In this document: in pieces, positions 30,268 to 40,825 of the stretch
Numbering within the stretch: position 1 is the stretch's first letter
Layout: every line of letters starts with the position of its first letter
Assembly: GCA_020724425.1 (NCBI GenBank)
Contig: DYGY01000001.1
Coordinates: 19,080 to 83,079, forward strand
Direction of reading: 5' to 3'
DNA: 64,000 nt
Source: Thermaerobacter marianensis
GTDB taxonomy: Bacteria > Bacillota > Sulfobacillia > DVGY01
The notes under the pieces: generated by a model
Databases searched by the model: none
What the model saw: only the letters and a program-made list of their open reading frames with translations
Told to the model about the DNA's origin: nothing
Translations under genes and position numbers: made by a program

Positions 30268-32364
30268 TTGCAGATTCCCGGTATTGGTTTAAGAAAAAGG
30301 ATTTTTCTCCTTTTTCTTTTTACTTTTGTTGCAACAGTTGTACTGATTGGACGTTTGGCATATATCCAGCTAGTACGGGGTGAGGAGTACAGGCAGGGTG
30401 CTTTGGATGTCAGGGTGCGGGAGATAACGGTTGAAGCAAAAAGGGGAAATATTCTTGATCGTGAGGGCAGGGAGTTAGCTATTAGTGTTAATGCTGATTC
30501 TGTTTTTGCAATACCAGCACAAATAGAAAATCCTGAAGAGACAGCTAGGATAGTTTCAGATATTCTGGAGTTGTCTTATGATTATGTATATGACCGGATA
30601 ACCAAGAATCTTAGCTTTTCCTGGATCCAAAGGAAAGGTGATCAGGCTAAGACCAGTCAGCTACGGGAAGCTAATCTTCCAGGTATATATTTTACCCAAG
30701 AAAGTAGGAGGGTCTATCCGAAGAATGAACTGGCAAGCCATGTTTTAGGTTTTGCTGGGATTGATTCTCAAGGACTTGAAGGTATTGAAGTTGTTTATGA
30801 TGAGCAGTTAAAGGGTGAACCAGGTAGGATTGTTATTGAGTTTGATGCTTATGGTAGAGAGATTCCTCAGGCCTTGCAGTATTATGTCCCACCTACAGAT
30901 GGTCTTACACTTGTCTTAACTATTGATGAAGTTATTCAGTATGTTGTGGAACGGGAATTGGATAGAATCATGGTGGAACATCAGGCCAAGAGTGCTATGG
31001 GTATTGTTATGGATCCAAAAACAGGAGAGATTCTGGCAATGGCAAATCGTCCTGCTTTTGATCCTAATAAGCCGTTGGAGTATGGTCCTGAGACCTGGCG
31101 TAACCCTATTGTTTCTAACAGTTATGCACCCGGGTCGATCTTTAAGCCAATAACTACTGCTGCTGCTTTTGAAGAAGGTGTTGTTAATGCCAATACCCAT
31201 TTCTGGGATCCCGGTAATGTTACGGTTCTAGGTCATACCATAAGGAACTGGAATGGGAGAGGACTTGGTGATACCACCTTTACTGAAGCTTTTCAACAGT
31301 CAGCTAATGTGGTTTTTGTAAAGACTGGTTTAGCACTAGGAATAGATCGTTTTTATGAGTACCTTGAGAAGTTTGGGTTTATGGAGAAGACAGGTATTGA
31401 TCTACCCGGTGAGGGGAGAGCTATTTATCCTGCTCAAGATAGAGCTACTGATCTGGATTTGGCTGTTATGTCTTTTGGTCAAACCTTAGCTGTTACACCT
31501 TTACAGATGATTACCGCTATTGCTGCCATAGCCAATGATGGCTATTTAATGCAACCCTATATTGCTAAGGAATTTAGAGATGCAGATGGGCAGGTTGTTG
31601 AATCTTTTGAACCTACGGTGAAAAGGCAGGTTGTTTCAGAGGAGACTGCTAGAGAGGTTCTGCATCTGATGCAGTTAACTGTTGATGAGGGTACTGGTGC
31701 AAGAGCTCAGATTGAGGGATATAATGTGGGAGGTAAGACAGGTACCGCAGAAAAGGTTGAGAATGGTAGGTTAGTAGAAGGGAGATACATGTCAGCATTT
31801 ATGGGTGTTGTCCCTATTGAAGACCCGCAGCTTGTAGTGTATATTCTGGTTGATGAACCAGAGGGTATCTATTATGGTAGCTGGGTTGCTGCTCCTGCAG
31901 CAGGTAATATTATGAGGGACTCTTTAAGATATCTAGGAATCCCCCCAAGTTATGATCCCAATGAAAAAGAGGTTATAAAGGATAGGGAGGTACCTAGTAT
32001 AATTAACCTAACAGTTTCTGAAGCTGATAGGGTACTGAGAAATAATGGTCTAAGAATGACTGTAATTGGTGATGGTGAAAGAATTGTTAGACAGGTTCCG
32101 GCCGCGGGGGCTAGTGTAGCTAGTTATACAGAGGTGTTGGTTTATACAGAAACAGAGGAGACTTTGAGTACTGATAGGCTAACTGTGCCTGATCTGAGTG
32201 GTAAGAGTATCAGGGAGGTAGCAAATATTCTAGGTTCTATGGGCTTAAGTCTTGAACCAACTGGTAGTGGAGTAGCAGCTGAACAGGAACCTAAAGCTGG
32301 TCAGAAGATATCTACTGGTGGAACTGTAAGGGTTAAGTTTGAAACGCCAGAAACTGGTCGTTAA
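30268..32364 (+). CDS. spoVD: Class B PBP, stage V sporulation protein D / FtsI family, with PASTA domains
   Basis: RG.I.DR, PGSIFK (SxxK), SAN, GKTGT, two C-terminal PASTA repeats. Confidence 0.88.
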   Translation: MQIPGIGLRKRIFLLFLFTFVATVVLIGRLAYIQLVRGEEYRQGALDVRVREITVEAKRGNILDREGRELAISVNADSVFAIPAQIENPEETARIVSDILELSYDYVYDRITKNLSFSWIQRKGDQAKTSQLREANLPGIYFTQESRRVYPKNELASHVLGFAGIDSQGLEGIEVVYDEQLKGEPGRIVIEFDAYGREIPQALQYYVPPTDGLTLVLTIDEVIQYVVERELDRIMVEHQAKSAMGIVMDPKTGEILAMANRPAFDPNKPLEYGPETWRNPIVSNSYAPGSIFKPITTAAAFEEGVVNANTHFWDPGNVTVLGHTIRNWNGRGLGDTTFTEAFQQSANVVFVKTGLALGIDRFYEYLEKFGFMEKTGIDLPGEGRAIYPAQDRATDLDLAVMSFGQTLAVTPLQMITAIAAIANDGYLMQPYIAKEFRDADGQVVESFEPTVKRQVVSEETAREVLHLMQLTVDEGTGARAQIEGYNVGGKTGTAEKVENGRLVEGRYMSAFMGVVPIEDPQLVVYILVDEPEGIYYGSWVAAPAAGNIMRDSLRYLGIPPSYDPNEKEVIKDREVPSIINLTVSEADRVLRNNGLRMTVIGDGERIVRQVPAAGASVASYTEVLVYTETEETLSTDRLTVPDLSGKSIREVANILGSMGLSLEPTGSGVAAEQEPKAGQKISTGGTVRVKFETPETGR

Positions 32365-32413
32365 GGTATGAGTTGCTAAGAAAAAGGGATACTAGAAGGC
32401 AGGGGGGATACCG

Positions 32414-33877
32414 ATGTATTTACAGGAATTGCTCAGGGGAATTAAATACAGAGGTGTAAAGGGATCTCTTGATGTTGATGTTTTGGGGATTACCTATGAC
32501 TCAAAAAAAGTACAGGAAGGGTTTATCTTTGTTGCCATTAGTGGTTATAAGGTGGATGGGCATGACTTTATTCCTGAGGCGATAAATAGGGGAGCTAGGG
32601 TAGTTGTAGCTGAAAAAGAGGTATCTGTAGATGGAACTTTGGTTTTGGTTGATGACTCAAGGAAGATGCTCTCCATTTTGGCGGGAATGTTCTATAATGA
32701 GCCGACTAGGGACTTGGAGTTAGTAGGGGTTACTGGGACTAATGGTAAGACAACTACTGCTTTTCTGACAAGAAGAATTTTATTAGAAAAACATAAAGGT
32801 GTTGGCCTTATCGGTACAGTTGAAAACATAGTGGGTGGAGAACATCTAGGGGTGGAAAGGACAACCCCGGAGGGTTCAGATTTGCAGGCTCTTTTTGCTA
32901 GGATGTGGGACATGGGAGATACGGCTGCTGTAATGGAGGTTTCAAGTCATGCTTTAGCTCTTGGTAGGGTAGCGGGTTGTAGTTTTGATGTGGCTGTCTT
33001 TACCAACCTTACTCAGGATCACTTGGATTTCCATGGGGATATGGAACAGTATTTCTTGAGCAAGGCCATGCTATTTACCTCTTTAGATGGTTGTGCTGTG
33101 ATTAATACTGATGATAGTTATGGGCAGAGACTTGTGGGTATGACAGATGCTAAGGTATTGACTTATGGATTAAGTGATAAGGCTGATTTATCTGCTAAGG
33201 ATTTAAGGGTTACAGCAGAGGGTACCAGCTTTATTCTTCGATATAGGGATGAGGAGTATCCTGTTAAGCTACCTTTAATCGGGAGATTTAATGTCTATAA
33301 TTCTCTGGCTGCTATAGGTGTAGGGTTACATTATGGATTAAGTATTGAAGGTATGGTTAAAGCAATTGATGATGTGGTTGTGCCCGGGAGGTATGAGCCA
33401 ATCAGGGTTGGGAAGGAACAGGACTTTGCTGTTGTTGTGGATTATGCTCATACACCTGATGGATTAGAGAATATTTTGCAGGCTACTAAGGACTTTGTTA
33501 AAGGAAGAGTCATCACCGTCTTTGGTGCTGGAGGAGACAGGGATAGGACCAAAAGACCGATTATGGGTCGGATTGCTGCTGAGTATAGTGACATGGTCAT
33601 AATTACCTCTGATAATCCACGGACTGAGGAACCTGAAAAGATTCTTCTAGATATTAAAGAGGGTGTTAGGGATGTTGAGTATAGCATGGTTGTGGATAGA
33701 CGTGAGGCTATTAACTTGGCTATAGGTATGGCTAAATCTGGAGATGTCATTCTAATTGCTGGTAAGGGTCATGAAGATTATCAGATTTTTAAGGATGGTA
33801 CAGTCCACTTTGATGATAGGGAAGAGGCTACATTGGCGCTAAGAAGACGGTTCTTTGGTGGTGAAGAACATGTTTAG
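32414..33877 (+). CDS. murE: UDP-MurNAc-dipeptide--diaminopimelate ligase
   Basis: GVTGTNGKTT, TNLTQDHLD, DYAHTPD, DNPR (DAP type), GKGHE. Confidence 0.96.
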   Translation: MYLQELLRGIKYRGVKGSLDVDVLGITYDSKKVQEGFIFVAISGYKVDGHDFIPEAINRGARVVVAEKEVSVDGTLVLVDDSRKMLSILAGMFYNEPTRDLELVGVTGTNGKTTTAFLTRRILLEKHKGVGLIGTVENIVGGEHLGVERTTPEGSDLQALFARMWDMGDTAAVMEVSSHALALGRVAGCSFDVAVFTNLTQDHLDFHGDMEQYFLSKAMLFTSLDGCAVINTDDSYGQRLVGMTDAKVLTYGLSDKADLSAKDLRVTAEGTSFILRYRDEEYPVKLPLIGRFNVYNSLAAIGVGLHYGLSIEGMVKAIDDVVVPGRYEPIRVGKEQDFAVVVDYAHTPDGLENILQATKDFVKGRVITVFGAGGDRDRTKRPIMGRIAAEYSDMVIITSDNPRTEEPEKILLDIKEGVRDVEYSMVVDRREAINLAIGMAKSGDVILIAGKGHEDYQIFKDGTVHFDDREEATLALRRRFFGGEEHV

Positions 33878-35210
33878 TGTTGAAAATATTGTTCAGGCAA
33901 CTAGAGGTCAGTTATTGCAGGGGAATGATGTAGAGATTACCGGTATAGCTATTGACAGCAGGGCTGTCAAGCGGGGAGATCTTTTTGTTGCTATTACAGG
34001 TGAAAAGACTGATGGACATCTTTATATACAAAAGGCTGTAGATAAGGGTGCTAGAGCTGTATTGGTGGAAAAGCCTGTTTCTACTGATGTACCTGTTATC
34101 CTTACAACTAGTACCGTATATGCTTTAGGAAGACTGGCGCAATGGTATCGGAATCAGTTTAATATTCCTGTAGTTGGGATAACGGGAAGTGTGGGTAAGA
34201 CCACTACTAAAGAGATGATGGCTAGTGTTTTGGCTTCAAGATTTTCTGTGTTAAAGAGTCAGGGAAATCTTAATACAGAGATTGGTTTGCCACTAACTCT
34301 GTTTGGCCTGAAAAAACATCATGAGGTAGTTGTGGTAGAGATGGGGATGAGAGGATTAGGTCAGATAAGGGAGTTGGCAAAGATGGCTAGACCAAATGTT
34401 GGTGTAATTACTAACATTGGTGAAAACCATCTTGAATTGTTAGGTTCAAAGGAGAATATTCTGAAAGCAAAGTGGGAGTTAGCTGAAGCTTTACCACCTG
34501 AAGGCACATTGATTCTTAATCGAGATGATGATCTACTTTTGGCTAAGGGCTCAAGAATGCAATCTGAGGTTCTCTGGTATGGCACTGATAGATCAGCTAT
34601 GGTTAGAGCTGAAAATATTTCTGTGCAGGGAGAAGGCTTGAGTTTTAATCTTTGCTGGTTAGATGAAAAGAGGATAAGGGTTGAGCTACCTGTACCGGGA
34701 AGACATAATGTGAGTAACGCTTTGGCAGCAGCTGCTGTTGGTCTGGCTTTTGGTCTTACTTTAGAGGAAATAGCTAAGGGTTTAAGTTTGTTTACCAATG
34801 CAACCATGCGGCTTGATATTCAGAGATATAAGGGCATAACAGTGATTAATGATGCCTATAATGCAAGTCCTGTTTCGATGATGGCAGCTTTAGAGGTGTT
34901 AGCTGATCTAGCTAAGGGTAGAAAGATAGCTGTCTTATCTGATATGCTAGAACTTGGTGATTGGAGCATGGAGGGTCATAAACAGGTGGGAAGAGCGTGT
35001 AAAGTTGATATTCTTTATACCTATGGTGAAATGGCTAAGGATATCAATGGGGCAGCTCCAGAAATAGAGAAGGAACACTTTAGTTCTAGAGAGGCTTTGG
35101 CTGATAAGCTAATTGAGATTCTTAAGCCAGGTGATACTGTTTTAGTTAAAGGTTCAAGAGGGATGAAAATGGAAGACATCGTAAAAAGGTTGGTAGATAA
35201 CTATGCATAA
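33870..35210 (+). CDS. murF: UDP-MurNAc-tripeptide--D-Ala-D-Ala ligase
   Basis: GITGSVGKTTTKE, GNLNTEIG.P, DAYNASP.SM, MLELG, KGSRGM. Confidence 0.96.
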   Translation: MFSVENIVQATRGQLLQGNDVEITGIAIDSRAVKRGDLFVAITGEKTDGHLYIQKAVDKGARAVLVEKPVSTDVPVILTTSTVYALGRLAQWYRNQFNIPVVGITGSVGKTTTKEMMASVLASRFSVLKSQGNLNTEIGLPLTLFGLKKHHEVVVVEMGMRGLGQIRELAKMARPNVGVITNIGENHLELLGSKENILKAKWELAEALPPEGTLILNRDDDLLLAKGSRMQSEVLWYGTDRSAMVRAENISVQGEGLSFNLCWLDEKRIRVELPVPGRHNVSNALAAAAVGLAFGLTLEEIAKGLSLFTNATMRLDIQRYKGITVINDAYNASPVSMMAALEVLADLAKGRKIAVLSDMLELGDWSMEGHKQVGRACKVDILYTYGEMAKDINGAAPEIEKEHFSSREALADKLIEILKPGDTVLVKGSRGMKMEDIVKRLVDNYA

Positions 35211-36186
35211 TTTGTTAATTGTACCACTATTGAGTTTTGGTTTAGCAGTTATCTTAGCTCAGATAATGATTCCCTATTTCCGGAGATTGAAGATAGGGCA
35301 GTCAATCAGAGATGATGGACCGGCTAGGCATTTGCAAAAGGCAGGTACCCCTACCATGGGTGGTCTGTTGTTTATTACTTCTGTTGTAATTAGTTTGATT
35401 GTCCTCCAGTTAACCGGTATGGGGGGTCTAGATTTCTGGTCTATTCTTGCTTTTTTGCTGCTATTTGTGGGTTATGGTCTGTTAGGTTTTGTTGATGATT
35501 ACATTAAAGTGGTTAAAAAGAGACCGTTAGGTTTAAAAGCTAGAGAAAAACTCATAATTCAATTCTTGTTGAGTCTAGTTGTCATATATATTTCTGTAGA
35601 GGTACTTAAGTTAGGGACTTATACCAGTATTCCTTTTACCAGTACAGGTATTGAGTGGGGCTTGTTTTATCCTCTGTTTGCTTTAGTTGTCATTATTGGT
35701 ACTGCCAATGCGGTTAATCTGACCGATGGTCTTGATGGGTTAGCTGGGGGTATTAGTGTTTCGGTCTATGTTTTCTATATCTTTTTGGCAGTTACCTTAG
35801 GAGAGCTGGGTCTTGCTTTAGCAGCAGCAGCTGTGGTTGGTGGAGTTTTAGCTTTTCTCATTTACAATATGTATCCAGCAAGGATTATTATGGGCGATAC
35901 TGGCTCGATGGCTTTAGGGGGAGGCATTGCTGCCCTAGCAATTTTGACCAAGACGGAGTTATTCTTACCTATTATCGGTGGTGTCTTTGTTATTGAAACC
36001 CTTTCAGTTATTATTCAGGTTGTATCGTTTCGTTTAACCGGGAAGAGGGTTTTTAGGATGAGTCCTTTGCATCATCATTTTGAGTTGAATGGTTTAAGAG
36101 AGACTCAGGTTGTCCAGAGGTTTTGGTTGGCTAGTGGTTTTTTTGTTGTTTTAGGTTTCTTAGCCCTTTTCTATACAGGGAGGTAA
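35203..36186 (+). CDS. mraY: Phospho-N-acetylmuramoyl-pentapeptide transferase
   Basis: K.GTPTMGG, G..DD, NAVNLTDGLDGL, MGDTGS, PLHHHFEL. Confidence 0.97.
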   Translation: MHNLLIVPLLSFGLAVILAQIMIPYFRRLKIGQSIRDDGPARHLQKAGTPTMGGLLFITSVVISLIVLQLTGMGGLDFWSILAFLLLFVGYGLLGFVDDYIKVVKKRPLGLKAREKLIIQFLLSLVVIYISVEVLKLGTYTSIPFTSTGIEWGLFYPLFALVVIIGTANAVNLTDGLDGLAGGISVSVYVFYIFLAVTLGELGLALAAAAVVGGVLAFLIYNMYPARIIMGDTGSMALGGGIAALAILTKTELFLPIIGGVFVIETLSVIIQVVSFRLTGKRVFRMSPLHHHFELNGLRETQVVQRFWLASGFFVVLGFLALFYTGR

Positions 36187-36192
36187 AGATAG

Positions 36193-37305
36193 GTGCGCAG
36201 GCGTCCTGAAGGTGTGGGCAAAAGGGGTCAGGCTGATATTACGCTGTTTATAGTTACGGTGGTGCTGGTTTCTTTTGGCATATTAATGGTATATAGTGCT
36301 AGCTCTGTTAAGGCTGCTGTACAGATGGGCGATAGCTTCTACTATCTGAAGAGGCAGTTGACCTGGGCTGTTCTTGGTTTTGCCAGTATGCTTTTTGTAA
36401 TGCAGGTAGATTACTGGCACTGGCGTAAACTTGCCAAGCCCTTGTTGATTGCGACAATGGTTTCTTTGGTGCTTGTTCTTCTTTTGGCTGATCCTGTCAG
36501 TGGGTCTAGACGTTGGCTGGGGGTAGGGGCTTTGAGTTTTCAACCTTCAGAGGCTATTAAGCTGGCTATGGTTTTATATTTGGCTCACTATCTAGCAAGC
36601 AAGCGTCACAGGATTCATGATTTTAAGGAAGGCATGCTACCCATTGTTGTGCTTTTGGGTGCTGTGTTTGGTTTGATTATGTTACAGCCTGATTTGGGTA
36701 CGGCAGTTGCTTTAGCCGGTACCAGTGTGGTTCTTTTGTTTGTTGCCGGAGCAAAGAAGAGGCACTTGGCTGCATTAGGTGCTGTTGGTACTCCTCTTTT
36801 GGCATATCTGATTATGGCTGAGGAATATCGCAGGAGAAGATTCTTTGCTTTTATCTGGCCAGAAGAGGATCCTTTAGGGGCAGGGTATCAGATTATCCAG
36901 TCTCTTTATGCTTTGGGTTCAGGTCAGATTTTTGGTCTTGGTTTGGGAGAGAGCAGGCAGAAGCTTTTTTATCTACCTGAACAACATACAGACTTTATTT
37001 TTGCTGTTATTGGTGAGGAGTTTGGTTTTATTGGCACCCTTACTGTGGTGCTTTTATATGCAATTTTTGCTTGGAGAGGTTATCGTATAGCTATTACTGC
37101 TCCTGATCTTTATAGTAGTTTGCTGGCTACTGGTGTAACTACCATGATTGTTTTACAGGCCTTTGTAAATATGGGGGTAGTTACTTCCCTATTACCGATT
37201 ACAGGTATTCCGCTACCATTTATCTCTTATGGGGGTAATGCTTTGTTGTTTAGCTTAACTGGAGTGGGGATTCTCTTGAATATATCACGATTTAGTACCG
37301 GGTAG
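36193..37305 (+). CDS. spoVE: SEDS protein SpoVE/FtsW
   Basis: RRW..G..SFQPSE, QPDLGT, GYQ..QSL, LPEQHTDFIF, LPFISYGG. Confidence 0.9.
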   Translation: MRRRPEGVGKRGQADITLFIVTVVLVSFGILMVYSASSVKAAVQMGDSFYYLKRQLTWAVLGFASMLFVMQVDYWHWRKLAKPLLIATMVSLVLVLLLADPVSGSRRWLGVGALSFQPSEAIKLAMVLYLAHYLASKRHRIHDFKEGMLPIVVLLGAVFGLIMLQPDLGTAVALAGTSVVLLFVAGAKKRHLAALGAVGTPLLAYLIMAEEYRRRRFFAFIWPEEDPLGAGYQIIQSLYALGSGQIFGLGLGESRQKLFYLPEQHTDFIFAVIGEEFGFIGTLTVVLLYAIFAWRGYRIAITAPDLYSSLLATGVTTMIVLQAFVNMGVVTSLLPITGIPLPFISYGGNALLFSLTGVGILLNISRFSTG

Positions 37306-37318
37306 GGAGGGGTTTTCT

Positions 37319-38419
37319 TTGCGGGTCATCTTTACCGGAGGTGGAACAGGGGGACATATCTACCCTGCTATTAGTATTGCTAGAGGATTAAAAGAAAAGG
37401 ATCCTGATATAAAGATTTGGTATGTGGGTACTAGAGATGGACTCGAGGCTGACATTGTGCCCAAAGAGGGTATACCAATGCATTATGTTTGTGGTGCAGG
37501 TGTTTTAGGTAAGTCCTGGTTTGATAGTTTTAAGGGACTTTTTCTTGCTGGTATTGGCTTTATCCAGTCCCTATTGTTAATATCAAAACTCAAACCTGAT
37601 GTGGTGGTGGGTACAGGGGGATATGTCAGTGGTCCGGTAATGGCTGCTGCCATCTTGCTTAGAAAACCTACTTTAATTCAGGAACAAAATGCTTATCCTG
37701 GGGTAACTAACAGGATGTTATCCAAATGGACCCATGTTACTGCTCTACCCTTTGAGGAAGCAAAAAAGTATTTACCGGAGAAGGCCAACTGTATTGTAAC
37801 AGGAAATCCGGTCAGGATATCAGTTTTGCAGGCAGAGAGGGTTAGTTCTAGACAGGAACTAGATATACCTCTAGATGCTAGAGTAGTTTATGTTTTTGGA
37901 GGTAGCAGAGGAGCAGAGAGGCTTAATCAAGCTATTGTTGAAGCCATACCAGAGTTATTAAGTATTGAGGATCTTTATTTGATCTTTGTAACAGGTCAAT
38001 CATATTTTGAGAGTATTAAAAAGGATTTAGCTCCTCATACCGGGACTCATCTAAGAATTTTTCCTTATCTCCATAATGCCGAGAAGGCTCTTGCCAGTGC
38101 TGATCTTGTTGTTGCTAGAGCTGGTGCCATGACTCTTGCTGAGATAACTGCTAGAGGTCTACCTAGCATCCTTATTCCTTCACCTAATGTGACTCATAAT
38201 CATCAAGAGGTAAATGCCGGTGTTTTAGCGAGAACAGGTGCAGCAGTGATGATTAAAGATAGGGATCTTGATGGTGAGTTACTAGCAAAGAATGTCAGAG
38301 ATATTCTCATTGATAAATCTAAATTAAAAGCTATGGCTTTTAAGTCAAAGGAGCTCTCTAATGTGGAGGCTCTGGATACCCTGATTGGCTTGATAGAAGA
38401 ACTGGCTGAACGCCAGTAG
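37319..38419 (+). CDS. murG: Undecaprenyldiphospho-muramoylpentapeptide beta-N-acetylglucosaminyltransferase
   Basis: GGGTGGHIYPA, GTGGYVS, EQN..PG, GNPVR, GGS.GA. Confidence 0.97.
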   Translation: MRVIFTGGGTGGHIYPAISIARGLKEKDPDIKIWYVGTRDGLEADIVPKEGIPMHYVCGAGVLGKSWFDSFKGLFLAGIGFIQSLLLISKLKPDVVVGTGGYVSGPVMAAAILLRKPTLIQEQNAYPGVTNRMLSKWTHVTALPFEEAKKYLPEKANCIVTGNPVRISVLQAERVSSRQELDIPLDARVVYVFGGSRGAERLNQAIVEAIPELLSIEDLYLIFVTGQSYFESIKKDLAPHTGTHLRIFPYLHNAEKALASADLVVARAGAMTLAEITARGLPSILIPSPNVTHNHQEVNAGVLARTGAAVMIKDRDLDGELLAKNVRDILIDKSKLKAMAFKSKELSNVEALDTLIGLIEELAERQ

Positions 38420-38472
38420 TGGTATTCTCATAACATAAAGTCGGAGGTATTTACGGGCAAGGGGGCTAAGAG

Positions 38473-39846
38473 ATGCCGCACTATCATTTTGTTGGCATTG
38501 GTGGGTGGGGTATGAGTGCTGTAGCCAGAGTACTTCTGGCTAAGGGGTATCTTGTGAGTGGTTCTGACCTTAAGTGGAATGAGACACTAGATCGCTTAGT
38601 AGAGGCCGGTGCTGTTGTCTATTTAGGTCATAATGCTAGTAATGTTGGTAGACCAGATTATCTAGTTCTTTCCACAGCTATTCCTGAGGATAACCCGGAA
38701 GTTATCGTAGCGAGGAAAAGGAATATTCCGCTATTGCATCGTTCAGAGGTATTGGCCATGCTGTTAGAAGGCAAAAGGGGTATTGCCATATCTGGTTCTC
38801 ATGGGAAGACAACCACTACTTCGATGATTGCTTCAGTTTTAGAGAAGGCAAATTTGAGACCGACTGTTTTAATTGGTGGGGAAGCTAGTGATTTTGGAGC
38901 TAATGCCAAGGTAGATACAGGTGATTATGTGGTGGTTGAAGCCGATGAAAGTGATGGCTCATTTGTGCGTTTGCGACCAGAGATTGCTGTTGTAACTAAT
39001 ATTGAGGATGATCATTTAGACTATTATGGCAGTTTTGAGCAGATGCAGAATGCTTTTGCTCTTTTTATGGAGAATGTGGGGCAGGAAGGAATTGTTGTTG
39101 CCTGTCTGGATGATCCGGCTATTCAAGAGATACTTGCAAATATAGATGTCCCTGTAACAACCTTTTCTTTAGAAGAAAAAGAGGGAGATTACAGGGCAGT
39201 TGATATTAGAAGAAATATTTCTGGTATTAATTTTACTGTACTAATGAGGGATGGTAGAAGGTATCCGGTTAATTTAAGAGTTAAGGGCAAGCATAATGTT
39301 CTTAATGCTTTGGCAGCTATAGCTGTTGGTGAGCTATTGGGAGTGTCATTAGAAACTATAGTCACTGCTCTAGGTAGTTTTGCGGGGGTAAAGAGAAGGG
39401 GGCAGGTGCTAGGGTATCTTGATGGTATAAAAGTTATTGATGATTATGCTCATCATCCTACGGAGATAAAAGCTACCTTGCGAAGTCTAGAGGGAGAAGG
39501 CAGGTTGGTTGTAGTTTTTCAACCACATAGATATACAAGAACAGAGTTGCTATTTAAAGAGTTTGGGAAGAGTTTTGAAGTAGCTGATGTGATTATAGTG
39601 ACTGAGATCTATGGAGCTGGTGAAAAACCAATTTTAGGGGTATCCGGTAAGTTAATTGTTGCTGCTATCAAGGAATGTTTTCCAAATAAGGAGATACATT
39701 TTGCTACTTCTCTTGATAGTGCTTTAGATAGGGTTAATTCTCTTATACAACAGGGAGATATTCTAGTCACCATGGGTGCTGGTGATATATATTTATTGGG
39801 TCAGAGGTTTCTGACCGTGAAAGCTTCGCAGACAGGAGGGAAATAG
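38473..39846 (+). CDS. murC: UDP-N-acetylmuramate--L-alanine ligase
   Basis: HFVGIGG.GMS, GSHGKTTTT, EADESD, DDYAHHPTE, FQPHRYTRT. Confidence 0.97.
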   Translation: MPHYHFVGIGGWGMSAVARVLLAKGYLVSGSDLKWNETLDRLVEAGAVVYLGHNASNVGRPDYLVLSTAIPEDNPEVIVARKRNIPLLHRSEVLAMLLEGKRGIAISGSHGKTTTTSMIASVLEKANLRPTVLIGGEASDFGANAKVDTGDYVVVEADESDGSFVRLRPEIAVVTNIEDDHLDYYGSFEQMQNAFALFMENVGQEGIVVACLDDPAIQEILANIDVPVTTFSLEEKEGDYRAVDIRRNISGINFTVLMRDGRRYPVNLRVKGKHNVLNALAAIAVGELLGVSLETIVTALGSFAGVKRRGQVLGYLDGIKVIDDYAHHPTEIKATLRSLEGEGRLVVVFQPHRYTRTELLFKEFGKSFEVADVIIVTEIYGAGEKPILGVSGKLIVAAIKECFPNKEIHFATSLDSALDRVNSLIQQGDILVTMGAGDIYLLGQRFLTVKASQTGGK

Positions 39847-40776
39847 ATGGAATCACCATTTGCTAAGCAATTACGTAGCATAATACGCGGAGAGCTGCTT
39901 ATGGAAGAAGACTTGAGCAGATACTGTACACTGCGCCTTGGTGGTCCTGCGGAGTTTCTTGTCCTGCCTGAAGATGAAAGAGATCTTCTAGAACTTGTAA
40001 GTTTTTTAAAGGAGCAGGGCACTAATCATATTTTTCTTGGAGCAGGAAGCAATGTTTTAATTCCTGATAAGGGTATTAGAGGTGTGGTTATAAGGTTAAC
40101 CTCTCTGGCCAATATTGAATGGAATGATAATAGGGTAACTGTGTCTGCGGGATATCCCTTGCCAAAGCTTGTTAATAAATCTATAGACCGAGGGTTGAAG
40201 GGACTTGAATTTCTAGCAGGTATTCCTGGTACTGTTGGCGGAGCGTTAGTGATGAATGCGGGGGTTCCTGAAGGTAGTATCGGTAGTGTGGTTGTTTCTG
40301 CAACTGTACTTGATAGTGAGGGGAATCTAAGGGAATTAGAACAAGCAGAGCTTAATTTCAGTTACAGAAACAGTCTTCTTAAAGACCAGGGTCTGCTAGT
40401 TATTAAGACAGTTCTGGAATTAGAAGTGGGAGACAGAGATGAGCTACGGCAATTGGTTAGTGAAAGAGCTAGGGTAAGAAGAGAGAAGCAACCTTTGAGT
40501 AAACCCAATGCGGGAAGTGTTTTTAAGAACCCTGAGGGCAGGTTTGCCGGGCAGTTGCTAGATAGTGTTGGGGTAAAGGGGTTAAGGATAGGGGATGCTC
40601 AGGTAGCCCCAGAACATGCTAATTTCATTGTTAACTTAGGGCAGGCCACTGCAAAAGATGTGGTAGCTGTGATGAAAGAGATGCGAGAACGTGTTAGGAA
40701 AGAGTTTGGTATTGTTCTTGAACCAGAAATAATTAGTCTAGGAGATTCTTGGGAGAGTCTCTTAGGGTCAGGATAG
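39847..40776 (+). CDS. murB: UDP-N-acetylenolpyruvoylglucosamine reductase
   Basis: GAGSNVL, GIPGTVGGA..MNAG, YR.S, QP...PNAGSVFKNP, HANF. Confidence 0.96.
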   Translation: MESPFAKQLRSIIRGELLMEEDLSRYCTLRLGGPAEFLVLPEDERDLLELVSFLKEQGTNHIFLGAGSNVLIPDKGIRGVVIRLTSLANIEWNDNRVTVSAGYPLPKLVNKSIDRGLKGLEFLAGIPGTVGGALVMNAGVPEGSIGSVVVSATVLDSEGNLRELEQAELNFSYRNSLLKDQGLLVIKTVLELEVGDRDELRQLVSERARVRREKQPLSKPNAGSVFKNPEGRFAGQLLDSVGVKGLRIGDAQVAPEHANFIVNLGQATAKDVVAVMKEMRERVRKEFGIVLEPEIISLGDSWESLLGSG

Positions 40777-40825
40777 CCAGGAGGGGTACCTCTGGGCCTG
40801 ACTTATTCCGGAGGTGCTAACCCTA

